Shown piece after piece: positions 5,867-14,063 of a DNA stretch of 64,000 nt. This stretch comes from a virus. Taxonomy: Duplodnaviria > Caudoviricetes. Under the pieces are notes generated by a model, which was not told the DNA's origin, ran no database searches, and saw only the letters and a program-made list of their open reading frames with translations. The stretch is from IMG/VR virus record IMGVR_UViG_3300022602_000025; one strand, given 5' to 3'. How positions within the stretch are numbered: position 1 is the stretch's first letter; the number at the start of each line of letters is the position of its first letter. The position numbers and the translations under genes are program-made.

Positions 5867-6326
5867 TGTAGGCAAAGGCCATCATTTTGATGCCGGCTTT
5901 AATTCTATGCTGATCCAGATTGTGGATCCTGCGATGGCATTTCCTACTCCAAAGCACCAGTTTAAAGAAGTACATCAATTTGAGTTCTTAGATCTTGAGC
6001 GAGATGATCCTTGGGGCGAAGAATTTAAAATTACGGACGAACAAGCAGAAAAATTAGTTCAATTGCTACAACATGCTCTTGACAATCATATGCAAGTCGT
6101 AGTACACTGCGTTGCTGGAGTATGCAGATCAGGAGCAGTTTGCGAAGTAGGTGTGATGATGGGCTTTGATGATACGGAAGTTTTCCGTAGTCCTAATCTG
6201 CTTGTAAAGCACAAGATGATGAAAGCACTTGGTTGGACATATGACGAAAACGAACCTCATACTATAAATGGTATAGAGCTAGATTCTGGATTGATCGTTC
6301 CAAAAAATTACGAAGGTGATATATGA
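5835..6326 (+). CDS. Dual-specificity/PTP-like phosphatase
   Basis: Catalytic loop VVVHCVAGVCRSG (HCxxGxxRS). Confidence 0.8.
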   Translation: MPWIQNIALADVGKGHHFDAGFNSMLIQIVDPAMAFPTPKHQFKEVHQFEFLDLERDDPWGEEFKITDEQAEKLVQLLQHALDNHMQVVVHCVAGVCRSGAVCEVGVMMGFDDTEVFRSPNLLVKHKMMKALGWTYDENEPHTINGIELDSGLIVPKNYEGDI

Positions 6327-6688
6327 CAGCGATAGTTGAAGTACGTAACAGTACAACAGTAATGAACAAGGTCTACGATGATCGTGGTCGTGTTGCTGTT
6401 CTATATTCACCCGATTATGGCGCAGGTTGGTTTACTTGGAATACAGAGTATCCTGAGATGCTATATGACCCAACCATCGTACATATTGTTCTTCAAGACC
6501 TCGACCCAAAAGAGAAAACTGAAAGAATCGTAGTATATGCAACACTTAGATATCCAGATGCTTATTTGGGCGGAGCGGGTGATCTTACTGTTGAGTGGAT
6601 ACCGGAAGGCACTTTGTTTAGAGTTACTGAATATGACGGTAATGAAGGCATAGAGCTTAAAGAATCAGATCAGTGGTTCGTAGCGTAA
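6323..6688 (+). CDS. Hypothetical protein
   Basis: Translationally coupled ORF (ATGA overlap). Confidence 0.65.
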   Translation: MTAIVEVRNSTTVMNKVYDDRGRVAVLYSPDYGAGWFTWNTEYPEMLYDPTIVHIVLQDLDPKEKTERIVVYATLRYPDAYLGGAGDLTVEWIPEGTLFRVTEYDGNEGIELKESDQWFVA

Positions 6689-6693
6689 TTATT

Positions 6694-6778
6694 GCGACTG
6701 TGATGAAATTGGTATACATGACAGACTTAAAATCTGTTGCCGCAAGGCATGGCGGTTCAAGTCCGCCCAGTCGCACCA
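6694..6778 (+). tRNA. tRNA-Leu(TAA)
   Basis: GCGACTG/CAGTCGC, arm ACAGA-CTTAAAA-TCTGT, variable arm, ACCA. Confidence 0.92.
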
Positions 6779-6782
6779 AAAC

Positions 6783-6979
6783 CCGGGTTACACTTTGTAC
6801 TGTTAATTAAAGTGGGTAATTGCCAAACCATAAGAGCACGGTGCATTGGATCTACCGTAAGGCCCAGGTAGGGCGACTTAAGAAATCACAAAGGCGAGAA
6901 CACTAGTCGTCTAGATAGAAACAACGTGTGGACAGGGTAACAACTCAGTCCGGGGCTTATGTGGTGTAAGTAGCCGGAC
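6783..6979 (+). ncRNA. Candidate ~200-nt structured ncRNA
   Basis: ORF-free. GTTACACTTT/AAAGTGGGTAAT 5' hairpin, CTACC/GGTAG, and a GTCCGG..CCGGAC 3' hairpin. Confidence 0.45.
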
Positions 6980-7060
6980 ACTTTATTAAAGCACATTAGG
7001 CGACATCCGAGTATTCTGGAATAGTAAGGTGGCATAGCCCCTAGTGTGCTTCAATAAAGT
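6980..7060 (+). ncRNA. Long-stem element of the AAGCACATT/AGTGTGCTT family
   Basis: ACTTTATTAAAGCACATT pairs with AGTGTGCTTCAATAAAGT around a 45-nt insert. Confidence 0.5.
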
Positions 7061-7141
7061 ACGTTTAACTTAAATATAATTTAGGTAGTAAGGACAGGGC
7101 ACCACTGTTATGAAAAGCCATAGATGTACTTTAAAAAATAT

Positions 7142-7217
7142 GCGGGTGAAGTGTTTGTGGTTACACGTCAGTCTTCCAAACTGAAATAGACGAGTTCAAC
7201 TCTCGCCTCCCGCTCCA
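7142..7217 (+). tRNA. tRNA-Gly(TCC)
   Basis: GCGGGTG/CTCCCGC, arm TCAGT-CTTCCAA-ACTGA, U73-CCA. Confidence 0.9.
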
Positions 7218-7271
7218 AACTCTCCCTTACACACGGAGTATAATAGGATAAGTTGTGTGTAACAGATCAAT

Positions 7272-7345
7272 CGCGGGATGGAGAAAAGGCATCTCATGAG
7301 TCTCATAAGCTCAGGTTCTTGGTTCGAGTCCAGGTCCCGCAACCA
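7272..7345 (+). tRNA. Initiator-type tRNA-fMet(CAT)
   Basis: C1.A72 mismatch (CGCGGGA/TCCCGCA), loop CT-CAT-AA, CCA. The anticodon stem lacks the usual three G-C pairs. Confidence 0.75.
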
Positions 7346-7384
7346 TTTCAATGCAATTTTAACAACAGACGGATAAATAATTAT

Positions 7385-7837
7385 ATGCTAACATTTATCA
7401 CAGATCTTGCAAGCCCACTGCTACAGTTCATCAAGGATGACCCAGTGCGTCCTGAGATTCCTGTTGACTTCCGTGTTAGCGAAAATCGTTTTGTTTCTAG
7501 TATTGTCGAAGGCGAAGATCCTAAGGCAATCGTTTGTGTAGCACTACAGGACTTTGTTCCTTCAAGTGTAGCTGAACTAGCACAAGAAACATTTGCACCA
7601 AATACAGCGATTTTCTATACTATCTGGAGTTACGCACCTGGTGCAGGTAAAGAACTTCTTCTTCAAACTGTTGATCGTATCCGCGAACAATTTCCAACCG
7701 TTACACGCTTTGTTACGCTAAGTCCAAAGAGTGAAATGGCCAAACGTTTCCACTTAAAAAATGGCGCAGAAATCTTCCGCGAAAACGATGATACAGTTAA
7801 TTATGAATACAAAATACTTGACTTCGCTCAAGATTAA
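7385..7837 (+). CDS. Hypothetical protein, possible GNAT-like fold
   Basis: ATAAATA box 5 nt upstream of the ATG. AIFYTIWSYAPGAGKELL...A.RFHLKNG resembles GNAT motifs A/B (weak). Confidence 0.55.
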   Translation: MLTFITDLASPLLQFIKDDPVRPEIPVDFRVSENRFVSSIVEGEDPKAIVCVALQDFVPSSVAELAQETFAPNTAIFYTIWSYAPGAGKELLLQTVDRIREQFPTVTRFVTLSPKSEMAKRFHLKNGAEIFRENDDTVNYEYKILDFAQD

Positions 7838-7846
7838 TTGTACAAT
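7818..7846 (+). promoter_or_regulatory. sigma70-type promoter
   Basis: TTGACT-17-TACAAT. Confidence 0.7.
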
Positions 7847-7860
7847 ATTACATAAGGTTT

Positions 7861-8128
7861 GAAAATCAAGTTCGCTTGGTTTTCCGGTAGGGTAAAACAG
7901 AGATGAGAGATAGCGCCACAGTTAACGACTACAAATCGTTTACTGAACTATTGGCCTTGACAGCCTCCGTAACTTAGTGACCCAGGGTAAATTTGCTTAA
8001 TCGCTATGTCATTTGCTCCTTGGAAATGTTAAGTTCTCTGTTATTTGTTACTTGTAAGTGAAGGTTAGTCACCTGAACAAATTGTCTTTTGCATTTTGTC
8101 CAGCTATTCACTTGCTGTTTTACCAACC
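7861..8128 (+). ncRNA. Candidate ~270-nt structured leader or ncRNA
   Basis: 10-bp UUCG hairpin (7861-7884), long-range GGTAGGGTAAAACAG/CTGTTTTACCAACC pairing (7886-7900/8115-8128), ATAGCG/CGCTAT and CAGT-AACGA/TCGTT-ACTG helices. Confidence 0.6.
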
Positions 8129-8155
8129 GTTTTTACAATTTAAAAAGGATTTAAA

Positions 8156-8731
8156 ATGAAAATTTCTCTTCGCAAGGCATCTGTAGTACAACAAAACATC
8201 CAACAACTGTTGAAGTCTGTTGAGGTTGCAACTACTGTAAAGTTTAACGAATTTGAAGAAACTGCAGACGTTTTGGCTAAGGCTACAGAAGCTCTGTATG
8301 CCGCAGACAACCGCCGTGCCCAATTGCTTGCAGCCTTGTACGCTGTACGCAAACTAGTAGCTCGTGCAAACGTTGAGACAGAAATCAGCGATCGTTTGGC
8401 TAGCTGTGCATTTATCGACAAGCGTTTGAGCCAGCTTGCTCCGCTTACAGAAAAGACAGCTCTGCAGGAACCTGCCGCTGTTGTTGCAGGTAAGCTAGAC
8501 AAGATTCGCAACGACAAGGGCGAAAGCCGTCGTAGTATCTACGGATACGATGACACAGTTAGCTCTGGCATTTTGCTAGCTACCCAAATTGAAGGTTTCC
8601 AAAGTGAAGTACTAGAACTTAAGAAATCTAAACAAAAGCTCAACGATGAAATTTTGGAACTCAATGTCCGTACAGAGATTGAAATTCCAGAAGATATCGA
8701 AGAAATTCTGCTTAAGGAACATTTGGTTTAA
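8156..8731 (+). CDS. Helical/coiled-coil hypothetical protein
   Basis: 191-aa ORF with AAGGA SD and heptad-like Leu/Lys/Glu-rich segments. Confidence 0.75.
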   Translation: MKISLRKASVVQQNIQQLLKSVEVATTVKFNEFEETADVLAKATEALYAADNRRAQLLAALYAVRKLVARANVETEISDRLASCAFIDKRLSQLAPLTEKTALQEPAAVVAGKLDKIRNDKGESRRSIYGYDDTVSSGILLATQIEGFQSEVLELKKSKQKLNDEILELNVRTEIEIPEDIEEILLKEHLV

Positions 8732-8738
8732 AAAGAAA

Positions 8739-8767
8739 TTGCTCACTAGGTTACAATTATGTATAAT
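8739..8767 (+). promoter_or_regulatory. sigma70-type promoter for the atypical tRNA
   Basis: TTGCTC-17-TATAAT, 6 nt before the RNA 5' end. Confidence 0.55.
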
Positions 8768-8773
8768 TACATA

Positions 8774-8875
8774 GTGGCTGTGAGCAAATATGGCAAAGCT
8801 CTCCCCCTTTTGGGTCGAGGTCGGGCAACGTTCTAAACAACGCCCATGGAGGTTCAAGCCCTCCCAGCCACACCA
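8774..8875 (+). tRNA. Leu-type tRNA scaffold with an aberrant anticodon arm (undetermined anticodon)
   Basis: GTGGCTG/CAGCCAC, A73-CCA, D arm AGC-AAATATGGCAAA-GCT, T arm GGAGG-TTCAAGC-CCTCC, long variable arm GGGC/GCCC. No canonical 5-bp/7-nt anticodon arm. Confidence 0.6.
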
Positions 8876-8882
8876 GATTTAA

Positions 8883-8956
8883 GCCCTGTTCGTATAGAGG
8901 CATTACGCCTGATTTGTAATCAGGTTACGGCAGTTCGATTCTGTCACGGGGCACCA
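8883..8956 (+). tRNA. tRNA-Thr(TGT)
   Basis: GCCCTGT/ACGGGGC, arm CCTGA-TTTGTAA-TCAGG, CCA. Confidence 0.92.
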
Positions 8957-9024
8957 GAGATAAATAATTGTAGCAGTGCCCGAGTGGGGCTGCTACAATT
9001 CTTGCTTAACAAAGGAGAAAAATA

Positions 9025-10950
9025 ATGAGCAAAATCATCGGTATCGACTTAGGTACAACTAATAGCTGCGTAGCTATCATCGAGAACGGAACTTCCAAAG
9101 TAATTGAAAATTCAGAAGGCGCAAGAACAACGCCCTCAATCGTCGCCTATATGGATGACGGTGAAGTAATCATTGGAGCACCTGCAAAACGCCAGGCCGT
9201 TACAAATCCAAAAAATACAATCTATGCCGCCAAGCGTTTAATTGGTCGTAGATTTTCAGAAGATGCTGTACAAAAAGACATTGACCTAATGCCTTACAAA
9301 ATCGTAGCGGCAGACAATGGTGACGCATGGGTAGAAGTGCGTGACGACAAACTAGCACCTCCACAAATTAGTGCTGAAGTTCTTCGCAAGATGAAGAAGA
9401 CCGCAGAAGACTATTTGGGTGAACCAGTAACACAGGCTGTTATTACAGTACCAGCTTACTTCAATGACTCACAACGTCAAGCAACTAAAGATGCAGGTAA
9501 GATCGCAGGTTTAGAAGTTCTGCGTATTATCAACGAGCCAACAGCGGCTGCACTAGCGTATGGTGTTGACAAACAGGATAAAGCAGATCGCAAGATTGCA
9601 GTTTACGACTTGGGTGGTGGTACATTTGACGTATCTATCATTGAAATCGCAAACGTAGATGGCGACAAACAAATTGAAGTTCTTTCAACTAACGGAGATA
9701 CATTCCTAGGTGGTGAAGACTTTGACCAACGTATTATGGATCACATTATCGCAGAATTCAAGAAAGAATCTGGTGTTGATCTAAGCAAGGATGTACTTGC
9801 ACTACAGCGTCTAAAAGATGCGGCTGAAAAGGCTAAGATTGAGTTGTCTAGCTCAATGCAAACAGAAGTTAACTTGCCTTACATTACAGCAGATGCAAGC
9901 GGTCCAAAACATTTGAATATTAAAATCACTCGTAGCAAGTTTGAAAATCTTGTTGAAGAATTGATTGAGCGTAGTTTGGTTCCATGCCGTACAGCTCTAG
10001 CAGATGCTAAAGTTAGTGCTAGCGACATTGACGAAGTTATCCTAGTCGGTGGACAAACACGTATGCCTAAAGTACAAGAAGCAGTTGAGAAACTGTTTGG
10101 CAAGGCTCCACGTAAAGACGTTAACCCAGACGAAGCTGTTGCTGTTGGTGCGGCTATCCAAGGACAAGTTTTAGGTGGTGATCGTACAGACGTTCTATTG
10201 CTAGACGTTACTCCACTAAGCCTAGGTATTGAAACTTCAGGCGGTGTGATGGCTAAGGTTGTAACTAAGAATACAACTATTCCTAGCAAGAAAACAGAAA
10301 TGTTCTCAACAGCAGAAGACAACCAACCTGCCGTAACACTAAAAGTTTACCAAGGTGAGCGTGAAGTTGCTAAACACAACAAACTGTTGGGCGAGTTTAA
10401 TCTAGATGGTATTATGCCAGCACGTAGAGGTGAGCCTCAAATTGAAGTAACCTTTGATATTGATGCTAACGGTATTCTTAAAGTAAGTGCTACAGATAAG
10501 AAAACTGGTAAGGAAAACAACATCACGATTAAAGCCAACTCTGGTCTAAGTGATGATGAAATCCAACAAATGATCAAAGATGCAGAAGCTAACGCTGAAG
10601 CAGATGCTAAGGCTGTTGCTGTTGTTAAACAACGTAACCAAACTGAAGCGTTCACTGGAATCATTCGTGAGCATCGTGCAAAACACGGCGATACAGCTCT
10701 AACAGACGAAGAACGTACTTTGTTTGATGAATGTATGGCTAAGCTAGACGAAGCTGACAAGGGCGACGACGTTGAAGCTATGCAAACAGCATTTAACGAA
10801 GTGTTTGACAAGTGTTCTAAGATTATTGAAAAGCTACAACAAGCTGACGATGATGCAAGAGCTCGTGAAAAGGCAGCTGAGGAAGAAGCTAAGAAAGCCG
10901 CTGAAGCAGCGACTGCAGAAGCGACAGACAAACCGGCTGATGCTGAGTAA
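9025..10950 (+). CDS. dnaK: Hsp70 chaperone DnaK
   Basis: [37 protein letters not shown] and [11 protein letters not shown] motifs. Confidence 0.99.
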   Translation: MSKIIGIDLGTTNSCVAIIENGTSKVIENSEGARTTPSIVAYMDDGEVIIGAPAKRQAVTNPKNTIYAAKRLIGRRFSEDAVQKDIDLMPYKIVAADNGDAWVEVRDDKLAPPQISAEVLRKMKKTAEDYLGEPVTQAVITVPAYFNDSQRQATKDAGKIAGLEVLRIINEPTAAALAYGVDKQDKADRKIAVYDLGGGTFDVSIIEIANVDGDKQIEVLSTNGDTFLGGEDFDQRIMDHIIAEFKKESGVDLSKDVLALQRLKDAAEKAKIELSSSMQTEVNLPYITADASGPKHLNIKITRSKFENLVEELIERSLVPCRTALADAKVSASDIDEVILVGGQTRMPKVQEAVEKLFGKAPRKDVNPDEAVAVGAAIQGQVLGGDRTDVLLLDVTPLSLGIETSGGVMAKVVTKNTTIPSKKTEMFSTAEDNQPAVTLKVYQGEREVAKHNKLLGEFNLDGIMPARRGEPQIEVTFDIDANGILKVSATDKKTGKENNITIKANSGLSDDEIQQMIKDAEANAEADAKAVAVVKQRNQTEAFTGIIREHRAKHGDTALTDEERTLFDECMAKLDEADKGDDVEAMQTAFNEVFDKCSKIIEKLQQADDDARAREKAAEEEAKKAAEAATAEATDKPADAE

Positions 10951-10954
10951 AACA

Positions 10955-10982
10955 AAATGGGCTAGCAATAGTCCATTTTTTT
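10955..10982 (+). terminator. Intrinsic terminator after dnaK
   Basis: AAAATGGGCT/AGTCCATTTT hairpin followed by a T-tract. Confidence 0.7.
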
Positions 10983-10985
10983 CCA

Positions 10986-11144
10986 ATGAGAAGTATTTGG
11001 CGAATATGGGCTAAAGCCCTAGGTGAAAAAAGTGGCAAAACTGACAAAGAAGCGGACTTGATTGCTATCGTCAGAAGTGCTATAATATTAATATACGTAG
11101 TAACAAATTTCTTTATCATTGCCGGTGTTATACGGCATTGGTAA
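10986..11144 (+). CDS. Small membrane protein (52 aa, MRSIWRIWAKALGEK...NFFIIAGVIRHW)
   Basis: Manually translated, below the track cutoff. One hydrophobic helix. Confidence 0.55.
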   Translation: MRSIWRIWAKALGEKSGKTDKEADLIAIVRSAIILIYVVTNFFIIAGVIRHW

Positions 11145-11178
11145 GTAAGTTTATACAGAAGTGATGTAAAGGTTTAAT

Positions 11179-11263
11179 GCCCCTTTGGCGAAATTGGTAG
11201 ACGCGCCAGATTTAGGTTCTGGTATCTTCGGGTGTGAGAGTTCGAGTCTCTTGGGGGGCACCA
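11179..11263 (+). tRNA. tRNA-Leu(TAG)
   Basis: GCCCCTT/GGGGGGC, arm CCAGA-TTTAGGT-TCTGG, variable arm, ACCA. Confidence 0.92.
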
Positions 11264-11279
11264 CAATTTAGGATATAAA

Positions 11280-11456
11280 ATGCCAGAAGAAAAAAAGAGC
11301 AAAAATCCGTTTATCGCGGCCGCACAAGCCGCTAAAGCAGCTGCAGGAAACCCAAGCGTTCCTGGTGCTAAAACTAGCCAAGTACAGCAGGCTAAATTCC
11401 ATAATCAAGTACAGGGTAAAAAACCAGCTACAAGATCAGCTGGAAGAGGTCGTTAA
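11280..11456 (+). CDS. Small basic, Ala/Lys-rich protein (58 aa)
   Basis: AGGA SD. MPEEKKSKNPFIAAAQAAKAA...RSAGRGR. Confidence 0.55.
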   Translation: MPEEKKSKNPFIAAAQAAKAAAGNPSVPGAKTSQVQQAKFHNQVQGKKPATRSAGRGR

Positions 11457-11515
11457 GTAGGTACATAATGGTTTTGTGCTATGTCAGGTAAATATAGCTG
11501 ATATGGGAGAGAATC

Positions 11516-12247
11516 ATGACACATGCTTCTTCATACGATTGGAGCGAATGGGATAAAAACTCAATTGTAGAAATGGTCTACATGCTTCGGCCTATCCTCG
11601 TAAATCAGACCCTTTCAATCAGTGAATTCCATAATACAGTAACTAAGCATATCAAAAAATGGATGCCTGTCCGTGTACGCAAAAGCCACGAATTACAAGT
11701 AGATCCAACATACGTATGGGTAGGGGGTGTTTACCATACTGAATACGATATGAACAAGCAAAAGGCTATTGAGCTGTGCTTTGCCTATAGCCTAGCAGAT
11801 ACCAAATTAACTTACAATGGCAAACGTTTTAAGCGTCTTTGCCAACGTATTGCAGACGTTATATTGCATGAAGTTATACACATGCGACAAGCCCGCAAAC
11901 GTAAATTTAAAGCACTTCCAGGATACAGTAGTTCGGCTGAATCCACCAAGCAACGCCAAGAACAAGAGTACTTAGGCGACAACGATGAAATAGACGCATA
12001 CGCATTTAATATGGCCTGCGAGCTTAACGAAAAGTTCAAAGGTGATATGAAGCGTATTGTCAACTACTTAAACGAAGAACAAAAGGGCAAGCGCCGTCAA
12101 TACGACACGTGGCGCACATACCTTAAAGCGTTTAATTGGGACCAAAATCATCGCATCTGTAAACGCATCAAAAAGCGTTCAATCTATTACTTGAGCCGCT
12201 CTCAAGTAGTCAAACCCTTCCAATCTAAGGATTGGATTCATCGGTAG
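11516..12247 (+). CDS. Hypothetical protein with HExxH zincin-like motif
   Basis: ILHEVIHMRQ and a downstream EIDAYA. Confidence 0.6.
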   Translation: MTHASSYDWSEWDKNSIVEMVYMLRPILVNQTLSISEFHNTVTKHIKKWMPVRVRKSHELQVDPTYVWVGGVYHTEYDMNKQKAIELCFAYSLADTKLTYNGKRFKRLCQRIADVILHEVIHMRQARKRKFKALPGYSSSAESTKQRQEQEYLGDNDEIDAYAFNMACELNEKFKGDMKRIVNYLNEEQKGKRRQYDTWRTYLKAFNWDQNHRICKRIKKRSIYYLSRSQVVKPFQSKDWIHR

Positions 12248-12272
12248 TTCTACCAAAATCTCCAAAAAACAC

Positions 12273-12301
12273 TTGACATAAAAACCAACTGAGCATATAC
12301 T
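12273..12301 (+). promoter_or_regulatory. sigma70-type promoter
   Basis: TTGACA-17-TATACT. Confidence 0.75.
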
Positions 12302-12355
12302 ATTAAAACTGTACAGTTTCGTACAGGTAATCATCAAAACTGGAAAGGACCAAAA

Positions 12356-13537
12356 ATGATGAACTTGATTAGTAATGCCCTCGCCACACCCGTGGCATCG
12401 ACAAACGTATCTTATGCGTCTGTTAAAAATGCTCGTTTCAACAACACAGCGAGCAACGTCTTAACAATCAAACAACGTTGGGACGAAACATTCAACAGTC
12501 TTCCCGTCTTAGAACAACGTGCAATTACTGCAGGTTTGCAGGCCGCTGTTAACGAGTTCCAAAGACGTAACCCAACTGTTAAATCTTGGCGACATCTTAG
12601 GAAAGAACTTGCCCGTGCTATTGATGTTAAGATGTCTAACATCAAGATTGATGGCACTATGCAACGTCTACTGAATATCAATTGGGTGCTACACCTGTTG
12701 AATATTTTCGTAGCAACCAAAGTTATTCCTATCCAAGTATATCAACCTGACCCAACTAAAGACGAATACCTCGCTTGGGACGGGCAGCACACTTTAGTAT
12801 TACTGTGGTTGATCGCAACTCAAATCTTTGCAGAAAATCCAGAAACTTTAGAAGTTCCTGTGAACATCTATGCTAGTCATCTTAAGCCAGAGATGCGTCA
12901 AAGTTTTGTTGACTTGAATGGACCTGCAGGTAAACGTGGCCTTGATCAGTTTGATCATTATGAGCAAATGGTCTATGGTGTTCGTATTGATGGTAGCACA
13001 AATCCATTGTGGGTTATCGCTGAACAAAAACAAACAGCGATTGAATCCAGAGGCTTGTTCTTAACCAGCAAGAAGTTTGGCGACCACGACCAGCCAGGTG
13101 CTATTAGTCGTTCTCAAGAAATTACAAAAGTTAGCCCAGAAGTAGTAGGTTGGATCTGTGATTATCTTGTTGCCGTTGGTGCTCAAGGACGTCCAGTAGA
13201 AGAAAAGGAAATGGTAATGATGAGCTACTTCTTTGAAAGTTGCCGTCATGCTGATATCAAGGTAACGGCCAAATACATCAAAGATGTAGCAAATGCTACT
13301 AAGGCTCGCTTTGCCGCTGACTTCAGCCCTACAAGTATTTTCTGGACTAAGGCAAGTAACGCATACAAGAACTGGCATGCTACTCATATCGTGTATGGAA
13401 CTCCACGTTTTAACAAAGAGCCTGTACATGGTTATCCATTCCTAGTTAAACAACTGGAAAAGGATGTGCCTGGTATGAAACTGCCAAAGGCTCGTAGTAG
13501 TTCTGAGTTCCAACCATCTGCAGAGGACTTGTTCTAA
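12356..13537 (+). CDS. ParB/Srx-like (DGQH-motif) domain protein
   Basis: IKIDGTMQR.LN...IPIQVY...YLAWDGQHT pattern. Confidence 0.7.
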   Translation: MMNLISNALATPVASTNVSYASVKNARFNNTASNVLTIKQRWDETFNSLPVLEQRAITAGLQAAVNEFQRRNPTVKSWRHLRKELARAIDVKMSNIKIDGTMQRLLNINWVLHLLNIFVATKVIPIQVYQPDPTKDEYLAWDGQHTLVLLWLIATQIFAENPETLEVPVNIYASHLKPEMRQSFVDLNGPAGKRGLDQFDHYEQMVYGVRIDGSTNPLWVIAEQKQTAIESRGLFLTSKKFGDHDQPGAISRSQEITKVSPEVVGWICDYLVAVGAQGRPVEEKEMVMMSYFFESCRHADIKVTAKYIKDVANATKARFAADFSPTSIFWTKASNAYKNWHATHIVYGTPRFNKEPVHGYPFLVKQLEKDVPGMKLPKARSSSEFQPSAEDLF

Positions 13538-13538
13538 A

Positions 13539-14015
13539 ATGCGTGAGTTCAAATGGGATCAGCCAAAATCTTTGGCACAGATTCGCAAGGAACTTGGACT
13601 CACATGCAAGCACCCGGACTGTAATAAGCCCCTAACTAATATGTTAGGACCAGGTTCGGGTTCTTGCTGTAGAGAACATCAACTTCAATTGCGAGAGTAT
13701 GGCGGGTATGGTCGTTTAGATCGTTTACATTCATGGCATAGATCAGACGTTTGTTCATGCTGTGGGCAAGACATTAATGATGATCCACGTTGGGAAAAGG
13801 CTGAAAAGTTCTTTGGCATAACCCTATCAGATGATCAACGCAATGAAATTAAGCGTAGATACAATCACGGAGACCATCAAGAACGTCAAGCAGACGGAGG
13901 CGGGCATACAGGTGATAATGTTGTAGCACTTTGCTCATTTTGTCATTGGGTCAAAACAGTTATTTTCAACGATGGACGCAGGGCTGTTTTGGACGAAGAC
14001 GAGGTTGACAATTAG
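13539..14015 (+). CDS. HNH endonuclease-like protein
   Basis: CSCCG...NHGDHQERQADGG.HTGDNVVALCSFCHWVK. Confidence 0.7.
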   Translation: MREFKWDQPKSLAQIRKELGLTCKHPDCNKPLTNMLGPGSGSCCREHQLQLREYGGYGRLDRLHSWHRSDVCSCCGQDINDDPRWEKAEKFFGITLSDDQRNEIKRRYNHGDHQERQADGGGHTGDNVVALCSFCHWVKTVIFNDGRRAVLDEDEVDN

Positions 14016-14034
14016 GTAAAACCTGTGTTATAAT
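14005..14034 (+). promoter_or_regulatory. sigma70-type promoter
   Basis: TTGACA-18-TATAAT with an extended -10 TG. Confidence 0.7.
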
Positions 14035-14063
14035 ATACACATACTGAGAAAGAAAGGTACGAT

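Noticed and set aside
8966-9000. CIRCE/HrcA operator upstream of dnaK
   Set aside because: An 11-bp inverted repeat is present but does not match TTAGCACTC-N9-GAGTGCTAA, so it is more likely an RNA hairpin.
9879-10955. Long antisense ORFs within dnaK
   Set aside because: A common by-product of codon bias in hsp70 genes, with no independent signals.
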